Positions 50,487 to 62,248 of a stretch of DNA of 64,000 bases are shown here, one piece after another (position 1 is the stretch's first letter; each line of letters starts with the position of its first letter). The stretch lies in the NCBI RefSeq assembly GCF_018350175.1, contig NC_058368.1, forward strand, positions 224,256,001 through 224,320,000, read 5' to 3'. The notes beneath the pieces were generated by a model that searched no databases, was not told where the DNA came from, and was given only the letters and a program-made list of their open reading frames with translations. Origin of the DNA: Felis catus. Its lineage: Eukaryota. Both the position numbers and the translations under genes were made by a program.

Positions 50487-51523
50487 GATGACCTCTTTTC
50501 TCCCCCATGGACAAAGTTACGTCTGGGATCTCAGGATCCTAATTTGAATAAAAACTGTTTTCCTTTCATACTAACCAGAAGAATAAAGCAAAACTCTTTT
50601 TGTTTCAAAACCAAGTCGGGTCTAGACAAAGCCACTTGGTGTGACATTTGGAGGCAGAGAACACTTACAGAAAACTTCAGCCTATGGCTATTAATTTAGG
50701 TAAAACAAGGACACCCCAAAGAAACAATGCATGTGTATGTTCTCAGTAAGATTGTTTGCATCATTTTTTTTTGGATATTGATATGAGCACTTCATATCAA
50801 TAATTCTCCTCAGAAATGCGCTGCATGAGAGGGGAATGAAAAAGGAGGAATTGTCATTATAGTCCTAGAAGAAACAAGCAAAATCCATCAATACAGCTCC
50901 TGACATATTTATACAATATGGTTTTAAGATTTGTTTCTCTCTGTTAGATCATTATTTATGCATGACAACCTCTTCTTGGAATAACATTTTTCTATAATAA
51001 TTTCTACTTTTCTTGAAGAACTGCATGATGACAAAAAAAGAGAAAACCTTCAGATTTTATTCTGAAAGCACAAAGAGGAATCCAATCCCTAGTTAGAGTG
51101 AGCTCAAGCACCCCAAGATAGAAATCTACCGCGAAGGTACATTACTATTTACTTTTTAGTTGAAATATTCTATTGAGACTACCAAAGCCTCTTAGCTTAG
51201 ATTGAAAGAAGACATTTTGGAAAAGGTGAGTATAAGCATTTTGAATAGTTTCTGAAATAGTACTTTCTTCTTCTTTTTCCTTATGAGCATTGTCCAGTGT
51301 CATTTAATTCTCAGACTTTTCTAACTTTAGGGATAGATAGAGGTAATCCTCGTCTATAATGCTGAGTAAATTCAACAGTAAGCAATGTACTACCTAGAAT
51401 CTGCATCAAATTTCTCACATTTTGAAATGACTAGGAGGTTCCAAAAACATCCTGTACTTTTATATATAGTTACTTTTTAATTCATAAACCAATAAGTTCA
51501 GTATTTAATATTTTATTACTCTT

Positions 51524-51524
51524 T

Positions 51525-51567
<43 letters not shown>

Positions 51568-51570
51568 TTA
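51524..51570. repeat. (CT)n(AT)n microsatellite
   Basis: Directly visible. Confidence 0.9.
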
Positions 51571-52009
51571 TTTATCTCCTCTCTCTTTATATATATGTAG
51601 ACTGAGCAGTGTGCTAAAAGAGGTAGTCATCAAATAATGTTAGAAATAACAGGGGACTAGGAGAGTTTGGCATTTTTGATAAAGTATCAGTTAAATCATT
51701 TTTGGAGAACTATTTTCCTTAATTATGACATTTTACATTTAAAACTGTAATCATTTTTTAACATATAACCCTGAAATTAATCTATTTAGTAGGCCTATTA
51801 TTTAGAGGAGCTAAATTAATTTAAGAAGATGACCCTTGAGCTAAATAGATGACAATGTAAATGGCTCTACAGGCAATAAATATGATATAATTTAGCAGTT
51901 ACAAATTAATTACATTACAAAATACATTTTGATAGAGTTGCCTGAAACCTATATGAAAATAATTAGGCATAGTAGCCTAAAGTATCTCTCCACCCATGGG
52001 TTTTCTGGT

Positions 52010-52048
52010 TCTCTCTCTTCTCTCTCTCTCTCTCTCTGTTTCTATCTG

Positions 52049-52098
<50 letters not shown>

Positions 52099-52099
52099 A
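52010..52099. repeat. (CT)n(CA)n microsatellite
   Basis: Directly visible. Confidence 0.95.
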
Positions 52100-52871
52100 A
52101 TCAAATGATTTGTTTAGCAACTGCAACACTTTAAAGGAAATCCCCACTAAACCAATTTTACAGTCTCCTGTGAACCTCATGTAGAAATCAAGCAAATAAA
52201 TTTAACAATGCAATGAAAGTTTACAAGCTCTAGTCACTTATACAATATAATCTATAATTATATGCTAAAAAGCATTATTAAACTGATGCTCAGAGACCCA
52301 GTTGCTTTTGAAAAATTTGAAAATAAACGAATTCTTCAAAGTTGGAAATTTGATGCTTTTTGTCAGTACCTAAAAATATTCCTTTACACATAGAAGGCAA
52401 ATGATAGATATTTGTGGAAAAACTATTTCAGTAAATAAATGAGCACATGCAATATTGAATAAAAACATACAAAGATAGATCAAGCTTGAAATTTTAACCA
52501 GCAATATTTTACCTGTAATAGTTTTTGGACACATTTATGAAAGTGAAATATATGGAAATAGATTTGAATAAAAATACGGAAAATATGTGCAGTGCTTTTT
52601 AATAACCATCTTGTTGCATTAAATCTTGCTACAGAGAATCACTTCCCTTACTTCTTGATCAATTTATTGTATATTTTAGAATTCTTTCCTTATTTCTCTA
52701 TCTTTGTATGGATTATATTTTAGGGGCTAATTGGATGTATCTTACTAAAAAAAATAATTTGTAATTATGTCATCTTTCATTTACTGCCTTTATCCTAGTA
52801 ACCTATAAGCCTACAATGGGAAAAATGTCTGATTACAATACATATCTAAAAAAGTTTTTTCCAAAGAAATT

Positions 52872-52988
52872 GGGGACACCTGGGTGGCTCAGTTGGTTAA
52901 GCATCCAACTATTGATCTCAGCTCAGGTCTCAGGGTCGAGACTTCAAGCCCTGCATTTTGCTCCATGCTGGTCATGGAGCCTACTTGA
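52872..52988 (+). mobile_element. Short Can-SINE variant lacking the CT region
   Basis: GGGGACACCTGGGTGGCTCAG...TGGAGCCTACTT. Confidence 0.88.
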
Positions 52989-52989
52989 T

Positions 52990-53114
52990 GGAAAGGAAAG
53001 GGAAGGGAAGGGAAGGGAAGGGAAGGGAAGGGAAGGGAAGGGAAGGGAAGGGAAGGGAAGGGAAGGGAAGGGAGAGAAAAAGAAGAGAAGAGAAGGGAAA
53101 GAAAAGAAAAGAGA
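52990..53114. repeat. (GGGAA)n polypurine tract
   Basis: 125 nt of purines only. Confidence 0.95.
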
Positions 53115-53849
53115 CATTTGGTAATGTGAGTGATTTCCTACCTGGATAATGATAGAAGTACAGAGAAAATGTGTAATGTAATAAATTTCTTTATGGTCAG
53201 AATATATTTGCCCAGCATCACACAGTGTGACTTTTTAAAAATATTAACCAGCATGACACTTTTCTAATGCTAAAAAGTAAAACAAAAAGCCAAGTAGGCC
53301 TTGGTCCTAAATGTCTTAGATTTGTCCCTCAGATCCAGTTCCTGTCTTTGTCCTGAGTACTATGAATAAACTACATTAATAGATTCCCTCTCTTTACTTC
53401 AAAGGCATTCCATCATCACTTGTTGATTTCCGGAACCTATTCATGCTCTTGCAAACAGCAATTCATTAATTAATAACAAATTGCCCAATTAAAGTATGAA
53501 TTGAATGTTTCCTGGTAGATCTCTAATGGATAAGATATCTTTCAGTTTCATGGAAGGTAAGATTTGTCTTACTCTAAAAATGGCCTGATGGAGACTACAT
53601 GACTTTCATGACCTAATTCCACAGTTAAATAACTTATTCTAATTATACCAGTATAATTTTTATAAAATATTCAGTGTATGGTCCTTTATGACTTACCAAA
53701 CATTTCAAGACATTGATGATTGTTGTAATATTTGACATTGTTTTACAAATTCAATGGAGATGACTCAAGTAGCTTTCTTTATGAAATGTTTGTTGTTGAC
53801 AAGAATAGAATTACCTTTATGTATGCCAGATTTGAAGAAGAAATCAAGA

Positions 53850-54548
53850 GAAAATAGCACTTATATTTAGACAAGTAAAAATGAAAATATAGCATACCAA
53901 AACTTACGGGGAATGGCAATATTTATGAAGAACAAGTTATAAGCAGGAAGTTTATAGTGTTGTGTCTTCAAAAACAAGAAAGATCACAAATAGCCTCAAT
54001 TGACAATCAAGGACCTAGAAAAAGAGGAACAAGTGAAGTCCAATGTCAGCAGAAGAAAGGGAATAATAAAGAGTAGAGAAGAAATAAAAGAAATAGAGAA
54101 TATAAAAGAAATATAAAAAATAACACAAAGAACCCAAGAGGCGTTTTCTTGAAAAGATCAACAAACTTGACAAAATTTTAATGAGACTAATTAAGAAAAA
54201 AAGAACACGTGACTCAAACAGAATCAGAAAGAGATGGTAATACAACTGATGCTGTACAAATACAAAGGATCGTAAGACACTACTATGGACAACTATATGC
54301 CAACAAATTGGGTAACCTAGAAGAAATGGAGACATTTTTAGAAAACTACAACCTACAAAAGCTGAATCAGGAGGAAATGCGAACAGACCAATGACAAGGA
54401 ATGAAATAGGATTAATAATCATAAACTTCCCCCTAAAAAAGCCTAAGGCCAGACCTGTAAATATAAAGTGTAATATACAAAGGCGTAATATCCAGTTACT
54501 AGGGTATAATATCCAAAACATAAAAATTTCTATAACTCAAGAGCAAAA

Positions 54549-54596
<48 letters not shown>

Positions 54597-54790
54597 AAAG
54601 AAAAGAAAACCCAATTAACCCATTTAAAAATTGGGCAAAGCACTTAATAGACATTTCTCTAAAGAAGACATACAAATGGCCAGCAGGTATATGACTAGGT
54701 CCGCAAAATCTGTAATCATCGTGGAAAAATGCAAATCAAAACCACAGTGACATACCACCTCAGACCTGATAGGATGGCTGTATACATGTA
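53850..54790 (+). mobile_element. L1 ORF2 fragments with a large internal deletion and (GAAA)n
   Basis: ORF 54209-54394 [32 protein letters not shown] is L1 ORF2p; then jumps to the late-ORF2 AGACATTTCTCTAAAGAAGAC region. Confidence 0.9.
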
Positions 54791-54796
54791 GGAAGT

Positions 54797-54798
<2 letters not shown>

Positions 54799-54843
<45 letters not shown>
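54799..54843. repeat. (CA)n microsatellite
   Basis: Directly visible. Confidence 0.95.
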
Positions 54844-54844
<1 letters not shown>

Positions 54845-54859
54845 CCATATTAAATTCAA

Positions 54860-56300
54860 AGACAAGCAATGATGTAAGTAATGTAAAGAGTAAACATATT
54901 AGCAGACATTAAGATTAGACAAAACACACTTCAAGTTGAAGAATATTCTTTGAAACCAAAGCGATATTTCACAATAACAAAAGTGGCAATGCATAAGGAG
55001 GAATACCCAAACCATGAGCAAAAGTTGACAGTGTTAAAAAGGAGAAAAATACAATTCAACAATAATAGAATATTTTAATACCACATTCTAAATAATTGAT
55101 AGCATTTCTAAATGGAAAATTCAGAAAGTTATAGGAATTTAAGCAACACTATTAATCAAATCAACCTAAATGAAATCTATAGAACACTCTATCCAAAGAT
55201 TATAGAATACACAACCCTAGGAATTACACCTGAAAATAGTTTAGAATAGACCATATTCTATGCTACACAAGTCTCAGGAAGTTTAAAAGGATTGAAAAAA
55301 AATACATATTTGACCATAATAAAATTAGAAACCAACAAGGAAATCTGGAAAATCTCAAGATACTTGGAAATTAGACCTGCATAATTCTATATAATTGCAC
55401 AATGAGGTATCAATACACATCGACCTAAAAGCTATGATAAAAAGCACAGATAATAGCAAATGTTGGCAAAGACATAAAAAAAAACCCTGAAATACCCCAA
55501 TTTTGCTGACGGTGAATAAAAATGATATAGCCAATCTGGAAAATAGTGGTTTCTTTAAAAGTTAAACGTAAACTGACCATAAACCAATAATTCTATTCTT
55601 AGAGACAAATGAAAACAAGACAAATGAAAACATGTTCACAAAAAAGAATTGGATACAAATATCTATAACAGTATTTTTCATAATAATCCTGAACTGGAAA
55701 CCCTCCAGAAGTCCACCATCTTGTGAACTGATCAACACAAGAGTTACATTCAAACAATAGAAGGCATTGCAACATTATAAAGATTATAAAGGCATTCCTT
55801 TATAATCTATATATATATATATAGATATATAGATATCTATGTATCTATAATATATAGATATAGATATAGATATATCTATATCTATAGATACATATAAAAA
55901 TATATATCTATAGATATAGATATAGATCTATAATGTAGATATTCATATCTACAATATGGGAGAACCTCATACATGTTATGCTAAGTGAGAAAAAAATACA
56001 AAAGACCACATACCATATAATTCTATTTATATGAAATGTCTTTAAAATGCAAAATTTTAAAGATGGAAAGCAGATTGCAGCTGCCTACATCTGGAGGAGT
56101 GAACAGAGAGTAATGGCAAAGAAGCATGACAGAACTTTTAGTGTTTGTGCAAAAATGTTCTAAAACTGGATGTGGTGATGGCTGCGCAATTCTACAAATA
56201 TAGAAAACTACATACACTTTTATAAATTTACAAAAATGAATTGGATGCATCAAATGGGTGAATTTTATGGTAAGTAAATTGTATTTCAATAAAACTGTGA
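54860..56300 (+). mobile_element. Old L1 endonuclease-region relic joined to an L1MB-like 3' end; TA-rich tract at ~55800-55950
   Basis: ATCTATAGAACACTCTATCCAA...; ATGTTCTAAAACTGGATGTGGTGATGG...TTTCAATAAAACTG. Confidence 0.8.
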
Positions 56301-57078
56301 AAATACGATGGGTAAAATTTAATTGATAAAAAAAATCCTGACAAAAGCAGAATTTCATCTCAAGTTTCAGGAAGGAAGTTATATTCACTTCTTTTAAAAA
56401 AATTAGACTTTGATATTGAGGAATCTGTGGTGTTTATTTGATATGATTAGTCCTCCTATAATGACCTCTTAAATGTGGCAAATGTTCTTCTGATAGCTTG
56501 GACACTAAATGGTTAAAAACAAGAAAAACTGATGAAATCGTAAAAGAAGACCATATTCTGTAGTTCAATCCACCAGGACAATCGCAGATAAACTGCTATT
56601 ACATTTTTTTAATGTATTTTGAATAACTATAAATGGCAAATACCAAAATTTCTTAAAAACACCCTTTGTGTGCACATGTTATTTTCAACGTATGAAATTG
56701 AAAAAAAATAGCATGACTTTATTTGGACATACAGCAATTTATACCTAAAGAACTATTTAATTAACCAATGTTCAAAAACTGAAACTAATGAAAAGAGGCA
56801 TGTAATTTCCAATTATACATAAGGAAATGTTACACATGGAAGTACCGAAATAAGATGATAAAAGCACAAGCACTTTTTTTTTTCCACCTTAAACTATAGG
56901 AATTAAAAGCATAATTTTCTTTAACAGCCATTCTGGAATTAATGCTTCCAGATCATTGGAACAGAATGAAGACAGCAAAAATAAAGGTATATTCTGCTTC
57001 AAAGGAAATCCCATTCAATCAGGACCATATTTCAATACAGAGAGAGAGACAGAGAGTGCCAATTAAAGAGAATTTCCA

Positions 57079-57297
57079 GGGGCACCTGGGTGGCTCAGTC
57101 ACTTAAGTGTCCAACTCAGTTTCAGCTCAGGTCATGATCTCAAGTTTTGTGGGAGTAAGCCCCGTATTGCGAGCAGCGCAGAGCCTGATTGGGATTCTCT
57201 CTCTCCTCTCTCTGCCCCTCCCCACATCTCTCTCAAAATAAATAAATAAACTTTTAAAAATATTAAACAAAATAAAAATAAAAAATAAATTAAAGAT
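57079..57297 (+). mobile_element. Can-SINE, internally deleted
   Basis: TSD core AGAATTTCCA at 57069-57078 and 57298-57307. Confidence 0.92.
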
Positions 57298-57991
57298 AGA
57301 ATTTCCAAATGTGAGTTCTTCTCTAGAATGGCTTCTGGCTTGGTTTGAATTGATAAATGAAGAATGATAACTCATAACATTCCCAATATATGTGAAATTT
57401 TCTTTTTTGGTGCACATCTAAATCGGCAAGCTTTTAAGTTGGAGCCCATAAATAAGAAAAACATGGTTAAAGTAAGAAATTGTCAGGGCCCTTATTCCCC
57501 TCACTGTTTCTTTGTTTTAAACTCAGGAAAATATAGAAAAGATTCTGAGCATTGTAAGTTTCTCTAAAGCAAAAATGGTGAATATGATGAAATTAAGGCT
57601 AGACTTTGAGTCATCTTAGATGTGTGGCATTTCAAGAATCTGTGCTTAGTTCTCAAAATGGGGGTGGGAATAAAAAAGAAACAAGCAACGAGGCCAAATA
57701 TCTATGGGAATTCATGGAATGGTCAAAACTATCCCTAATCAATAACTCAAGTGTGCATTACAACACAGGTATACCTTCTGGTGTGACACCTCTGAGGGGA
57801 AAAAAAGGGAATTTTCACCGTTTTATCCCTCAGTAATTTCAGAAACACAAGACATACAGGGAAGAATAATTTTTAAATTATATTACCTTTTAACTTTGTA
57901 ATATTTTTGTTGGCTTTTGCTCAACAAAGCCCTATATTAAACGTTTATTTAACAATTCTGAATTTTATTTTTCTTCAACACACTACATTTA

Positions 57992-58220
57992 TCTAAATGT
58001 TTATTTATTTTTGAGAGAGAGGATGTTTATTGATTTTTGAGAGAGAGACAGAGTGCAAGCAAGGAGGGGCATGGAGAGAGGGAGACACAGAATCCAAAGC
58101 AGGCTTGAAGCTCTGAGCTGCCAGCAGAGACGCTAAAATGGGGCTCGAACCCACGAACTGTGAGACCATGACCTGAGCTGAAGTTGGACGCTCAGCCAAC
58201 TGAGCCACCCAGGTGCCCCC
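57992..58220 (-). mobile_element. Can-SINE with a duplicated tail segment
   Basis: Imperfect TSD TCAACA...ACATTTA at 57975-57991 and 58221-58237. Confidence 0.94.
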
Positions 58221-58784
58221 TCAACATAACACATTTAGACGATTTCATGGCATTACTTGACCAACACTTTAGTAAGCCTCTCCAATGAACAAAAACTGTG
58301 CATGGCATATCTGAGAAAGCGAATATTTTTAAACCTATGTTATACTCCAGTAATCATCTCCAGCAAATTGATGATATAAAGGAGAAACTTGGAATAAAAA
58401 GAACAGAATAATTGAGCATTTAAGAGCTAAATGGCCAAATTTGACATATTCGGTCAATTTGATCGACATGTCAACATCAATAGTGACAACTTTACACTAT
58501 ATGGAATAAAAACCTAGTTAAACTGATAATTATTTCTGAAAAACCAAACACAGAGGTCATACTTACTTGTGCAACAACTACTTAATCTACTAAATGGCTG
58601 GCTCTCTTCAAAACTAAGGAATAAAATTCTGACGAACAACAGAAGGACCAAGGCCAGCCATTGTGGGGGTGGAGTCAAAAAAGGAAATAACAGTAAAATC
58701 TAATATATGTTAAGAAACAAAATGCTGAGTGCCATGGAAAGCATGAAACAGTCCCTGACATGGTGTAAGGACCATGATAGAAAA

Positions 58785-58883
58785 AGCCCCATCTCCAGGG
58801 ACAGTCACATTCTGAAGTACGTGAAGTTAAGACTTCAACATCTGGACATGGGGTGGGGGAGGGGCACAACTTAGTCCAAAGCA
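58785..58883 (-). mobile_element. MLT1B-like LTR 5' fragment
   Basis: ACAGTCACATTCTGAAGTAC...GTTAAGACTTCAACAT...CACAACTTAGTCCAAAGCA. Confidence 0.75.
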
Positions 58884-58889
58884 TATGCA

Positions 58890-59645
58890 GAAGAAGTTTA
58901 ACTTAATATGAAGGACAATGGAAAGTTTCTGATGAAATTTAAGCAACATAATGGCAAGACCACACTTTTTGTCACTCAGAAAAATAATTCTGAACACACT
59001 GGATCAAGGCTTGAAGAAAGACAAAGGTGGATCCAGACACACCAGATATCGGAATGTAGAGGGATCTCGTGACAGGACAAGGACAGTGCCATGAAAGAAG
59101 CAGGGAAATTCATACGATGTTAACATAATTAAAAGAGGAAACATAAAAAAGACTTGGTGATTACCAAACAGGGTGCCAGAAGAGAGAAAGTCAAACATAC
59201 TTCTTAGGTTTCCGACTTGGGTTCGTTGGCAGGTGGCAGGGCCACTTAGTGAGATCACCAACTGGGAATAAAGACAACGTTCAAGAAAAATAGAATCCTA
59301 GTTTTGCAAACAAAATCTAAATTGCCTGTAAAACCATGAAGTGTAGAGGTCTACGCTAGAGATAGGGACACAGAGGTCAACAATAATTCAGACTAAAATA
59401 TTAGTATTGAAAATAGATGAGATCAGCCAGCTGGAGGTTTATAATAAGAGTGGGGAAATATGCTAAAAATATACAGGTACATAAGAGTCATGAAGAAGAC
59501 GAGCATTCTAACAGAGGTCTAGGAATGACTAAGAAGAAAGTTGTGAGAAAAGCATGAAAAAATAAAAAGCAGAGTCTTGCCAGAAATTCCAAGTAAAAGG
59601 GCAATTTGGGGGGAAAAAGGAAGAAAGGATCTCATGTGTTAAATC
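58890..59645 (-). mobile_element. L2 fragment
   Basis: Purine-rich antisense L2 motifs (TTTAAGCA, GACTTGGTGATT, GATGAGATCA). Confidence 0.6.
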
Positions 59646-59882
59646 CATGTACAAATGTTTCAACCATATTTTTACTATCATATTTGATACTTCAAACTTT
59701 TACCTCTGCAGAGACATTGTCACCATAACATGAGTTACTTACATAGCATCCAAACTGATCTCACTTTCCTGTTGCTCCACTACCGTCTATTTTCAGAAAT
59801 TCAGCCAAAGTTTTGTAAATTAAAGTCCTATCATATTTCTCTGCAAGTTCAAGCCCTCCACAAGTCTCTCATTACCGCATAA

Positions 59883-59920
59883 TGTGTGTGTGTGTGTGCG
59901 TGTGTGCGTGTGTATATGTG

Positions 59921-59962
<42 letters not shown>

Positions 59963-59975
59963 ATATATATATATG
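59883..59975. repeat. (TG)n(TA)n microsatellite
   Basis: Directly visible. Confidence 0.95.
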
Positions 59976-59977
59976 TA

Positions 59978-60188
59978 ATTTTTTTAATGTTTATTTACTT
60001 GAGAGACAGAGACAGAGACAGAGAGAGCAGGGGAGGGGCAGAGAGAGAGGGAGACACAGAAACAGAAACGGGCTCCAGGCTCCGAGCTGTCAGCACAGAA
60101 CCCGATGTGGGGCTCCAACCCACAGACCACGAGATCATGACCTGAGCCGACATCGGAGGCTCAACCGACTGAGCCACCCAGGCGCCCC
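59978..60188 (-). mobile_element. Can-SINE
   Basis: Antisense SINE ending GAGCCACCCAGGCGCCCC. Confidence 0.95.
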
Positions 60189-61696
60189 ACAATAAATATA
60201 TTTTTAACTATCGTCTACAAGATCCTGCCATAGACCTTGTCTAGAGTTCTGAAGGCAAGTTGAGGCTAGATTCATGATTCAATAGGTTGACTGCACTGGT
60301 CTTCTTCCTTTTATTAAAACATGTTAAATGCAGTGCTTTATTAGAATTATAGCTTCTCTGTTTTCCCTACCTAGAATCCTCTTTCCACCTAACTTTGGGT
60401 AGTTTCCCTTCATAATTCAGATCTCTCTTCAGATAGTGCTTTCTCCGTGAGACTTTCCGTGATTTAGTACACAAAAGCAAACAAACAGAAAAAAACAAAC
60501 AACTTTTCTCATTCAATGTCTTTCCTTCATAGCACTTAATATTATGTAAAACTATTTACTTATTCACTTGTTTATTGCCTGTTACGTCTGTTTCATATAA
60601 GCTCTACCTAGACATCAATAGTATTATAGCCAATGGGATATATCATAAGCACAAAGTAAAATTGCAAATAAATCTTAAAGTGTTTGCTAAATGATTGTTT
60701 ATATTGCTTGGATAAATATTATTATTGTTATTTTGAAACTATTAGATCTTTTTTCAGGATTAAAGAGGTAACTAATGTTACCCTACTTTATAAATAAGAA
60801 TTTTCAATTTAAAAGTAGAAACAAATATAAAACTAAGCAAGTTATGTAAAAAAGAGAAAAAAACCTTTCAAACACATGTGAACTGAAAATTTCAGGATGA
60901 GTTCATAATCCATATTCAATTTTTTATAAAGAATATATTTTTTCCCTAGTTTAGAAACTGATACCAACTAAAGAGATTGACAACCATTAGCAGGAAATAA
61001 CCTTAGCCCTCAGAATGTGGTCTTCAAATATCATTTCCCAATAAAATAAATCAGGGTTTTTGGAAAAAACGACTGATTCTGGGTCTAGGGCCAGACACAT
61101 AAAAAATATAATCCTGTGATAACTTTTATACTAGGAAACAAGAAAGTATCAAAGAACATACACTTACCATCCAAATAACAAAAGTGTCAACTTGAAGGGA
61201 ATCCCAATAACCAGAAATGGGACATTACAAAAATAAAATATAATAATGTCTGAGACAGATTGAAACGTATAAAAAATGTATAATCTAGGGGTTCATAAAG
61301 ACATTAAAACTAAAACTGAGAAAAAGGAAAGAAAAGGAAAAAAACCTAACACCTACCAAATACCTTAATCCTGCATGTTACCAATACCAGCCGGCTTTAC
61401 TGAACACTGGCAAAGAAAGAGAACACAGCCAGCTTTTATACTCATTTTCTTTTCAATAGTTTAGGAGGAAAAATAGTAACAAAATAGTTTATGAAAAAAA
61501 ATTATTTGTACAACAATTCCATCTAACAAATGAAACATGATAGAATATCATCATTTTGCAATTCCTAATACGTACTGGATTTAAATAATGACCACAAATG
61601 TGTGCTAAAACCATTAAATGAATAACTAATGGAGGACTTGGTAAAGATGTATCAGACCAACAATAACTGAGCCCAGTGATGGATCTTCACATCGCT

Positions 61697-61709
61697 CGCG
61701 CGCGCGCGT

Positions 61710-61750
<41 letters not shown>
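61697..61750. repeat. (CG)6-TG-(CA)n alternating purine-pyrimidine tract
   Basis: Directly visible. Confidence 0.95.
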
Positions 61751-61751
<1 letters not shown>

Positions 61752-61986
61752 TCATCAGACTGAATATGTCTCTCAACGTAACATCAAAAGAAGTATACAA
61801 CAGCAACTATAGAGTGTTCTGGGAAAATATTGACAAATGTTTAAAGACACAATGTAAATTAATCAGCTGACATCCAAATGTGGAAATACCTACATGACAA
61901 CTGAACCACTTTCTTTAAAAATACATGGGGAGAACGTGAGTGCGCAACTCTTCCAGATGAAAAGATACATATAAAACATACCAATT

Positions 61987-62248
61987 ATGACTTCACTCAT
62001 ATAAAGACTTTAAGATAGAAAATAGATGAACATAAAGGAAGGGAAGCAAAAATAATATAAAAACAGGGAGGGCGACAAAACATAAGAGACTCTTAAAGAC
62101 AGAGAACAAACAGAGGGTTACTAGAGGGGTTTGTGGGAGGGGGGATGGGCTAAATGGGTAAGGAGCATTAGGAATCTATTCCTGAAATCATTGTTGCACT
62201 GTATGCTAACTAAGTTGGATGTAAATTAAAAAATAAATTATTTAAAGA
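61987..62248 (+). mobile_element. Felid L1 extreme 3' end
   Basis: TATGACTTCACTCATAT...CATAAGAGACTCTTAAA...GAAATCATTGTTGCACTGTATGCTAAC plus A-tail. Confidence 0.9.

Larger units (their letters stand above)
59700..60660 (+). mobile_element. L2 3' fragment interrupted by a microsatellite and a SINE
   Basis: CCTAGAATCCTCTTTCC, TTCATAGCACTTA, TGTTTATTGCCTG, ATAAGCTC. Confidence 0.6.

Noticed and set aside
54015..54521. Longest ORF, 168 aa and hydrophobic
   Set aside because: Antisense reading of A-rich L1 ORF2 sequence
312..60188. tRNA-like A/B box sequences
   Set aside because: These are tRNA-derived SINE heads with tails and TSDs, not tRNA genes
299..60195. Recurrent similar ORFs (AQVMISWFVSSSP..., GSGHDL..., RERGRHR...) that look like a peptide family
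   Set aside because: All are translations of Can-SINE copies, with no coding evidence
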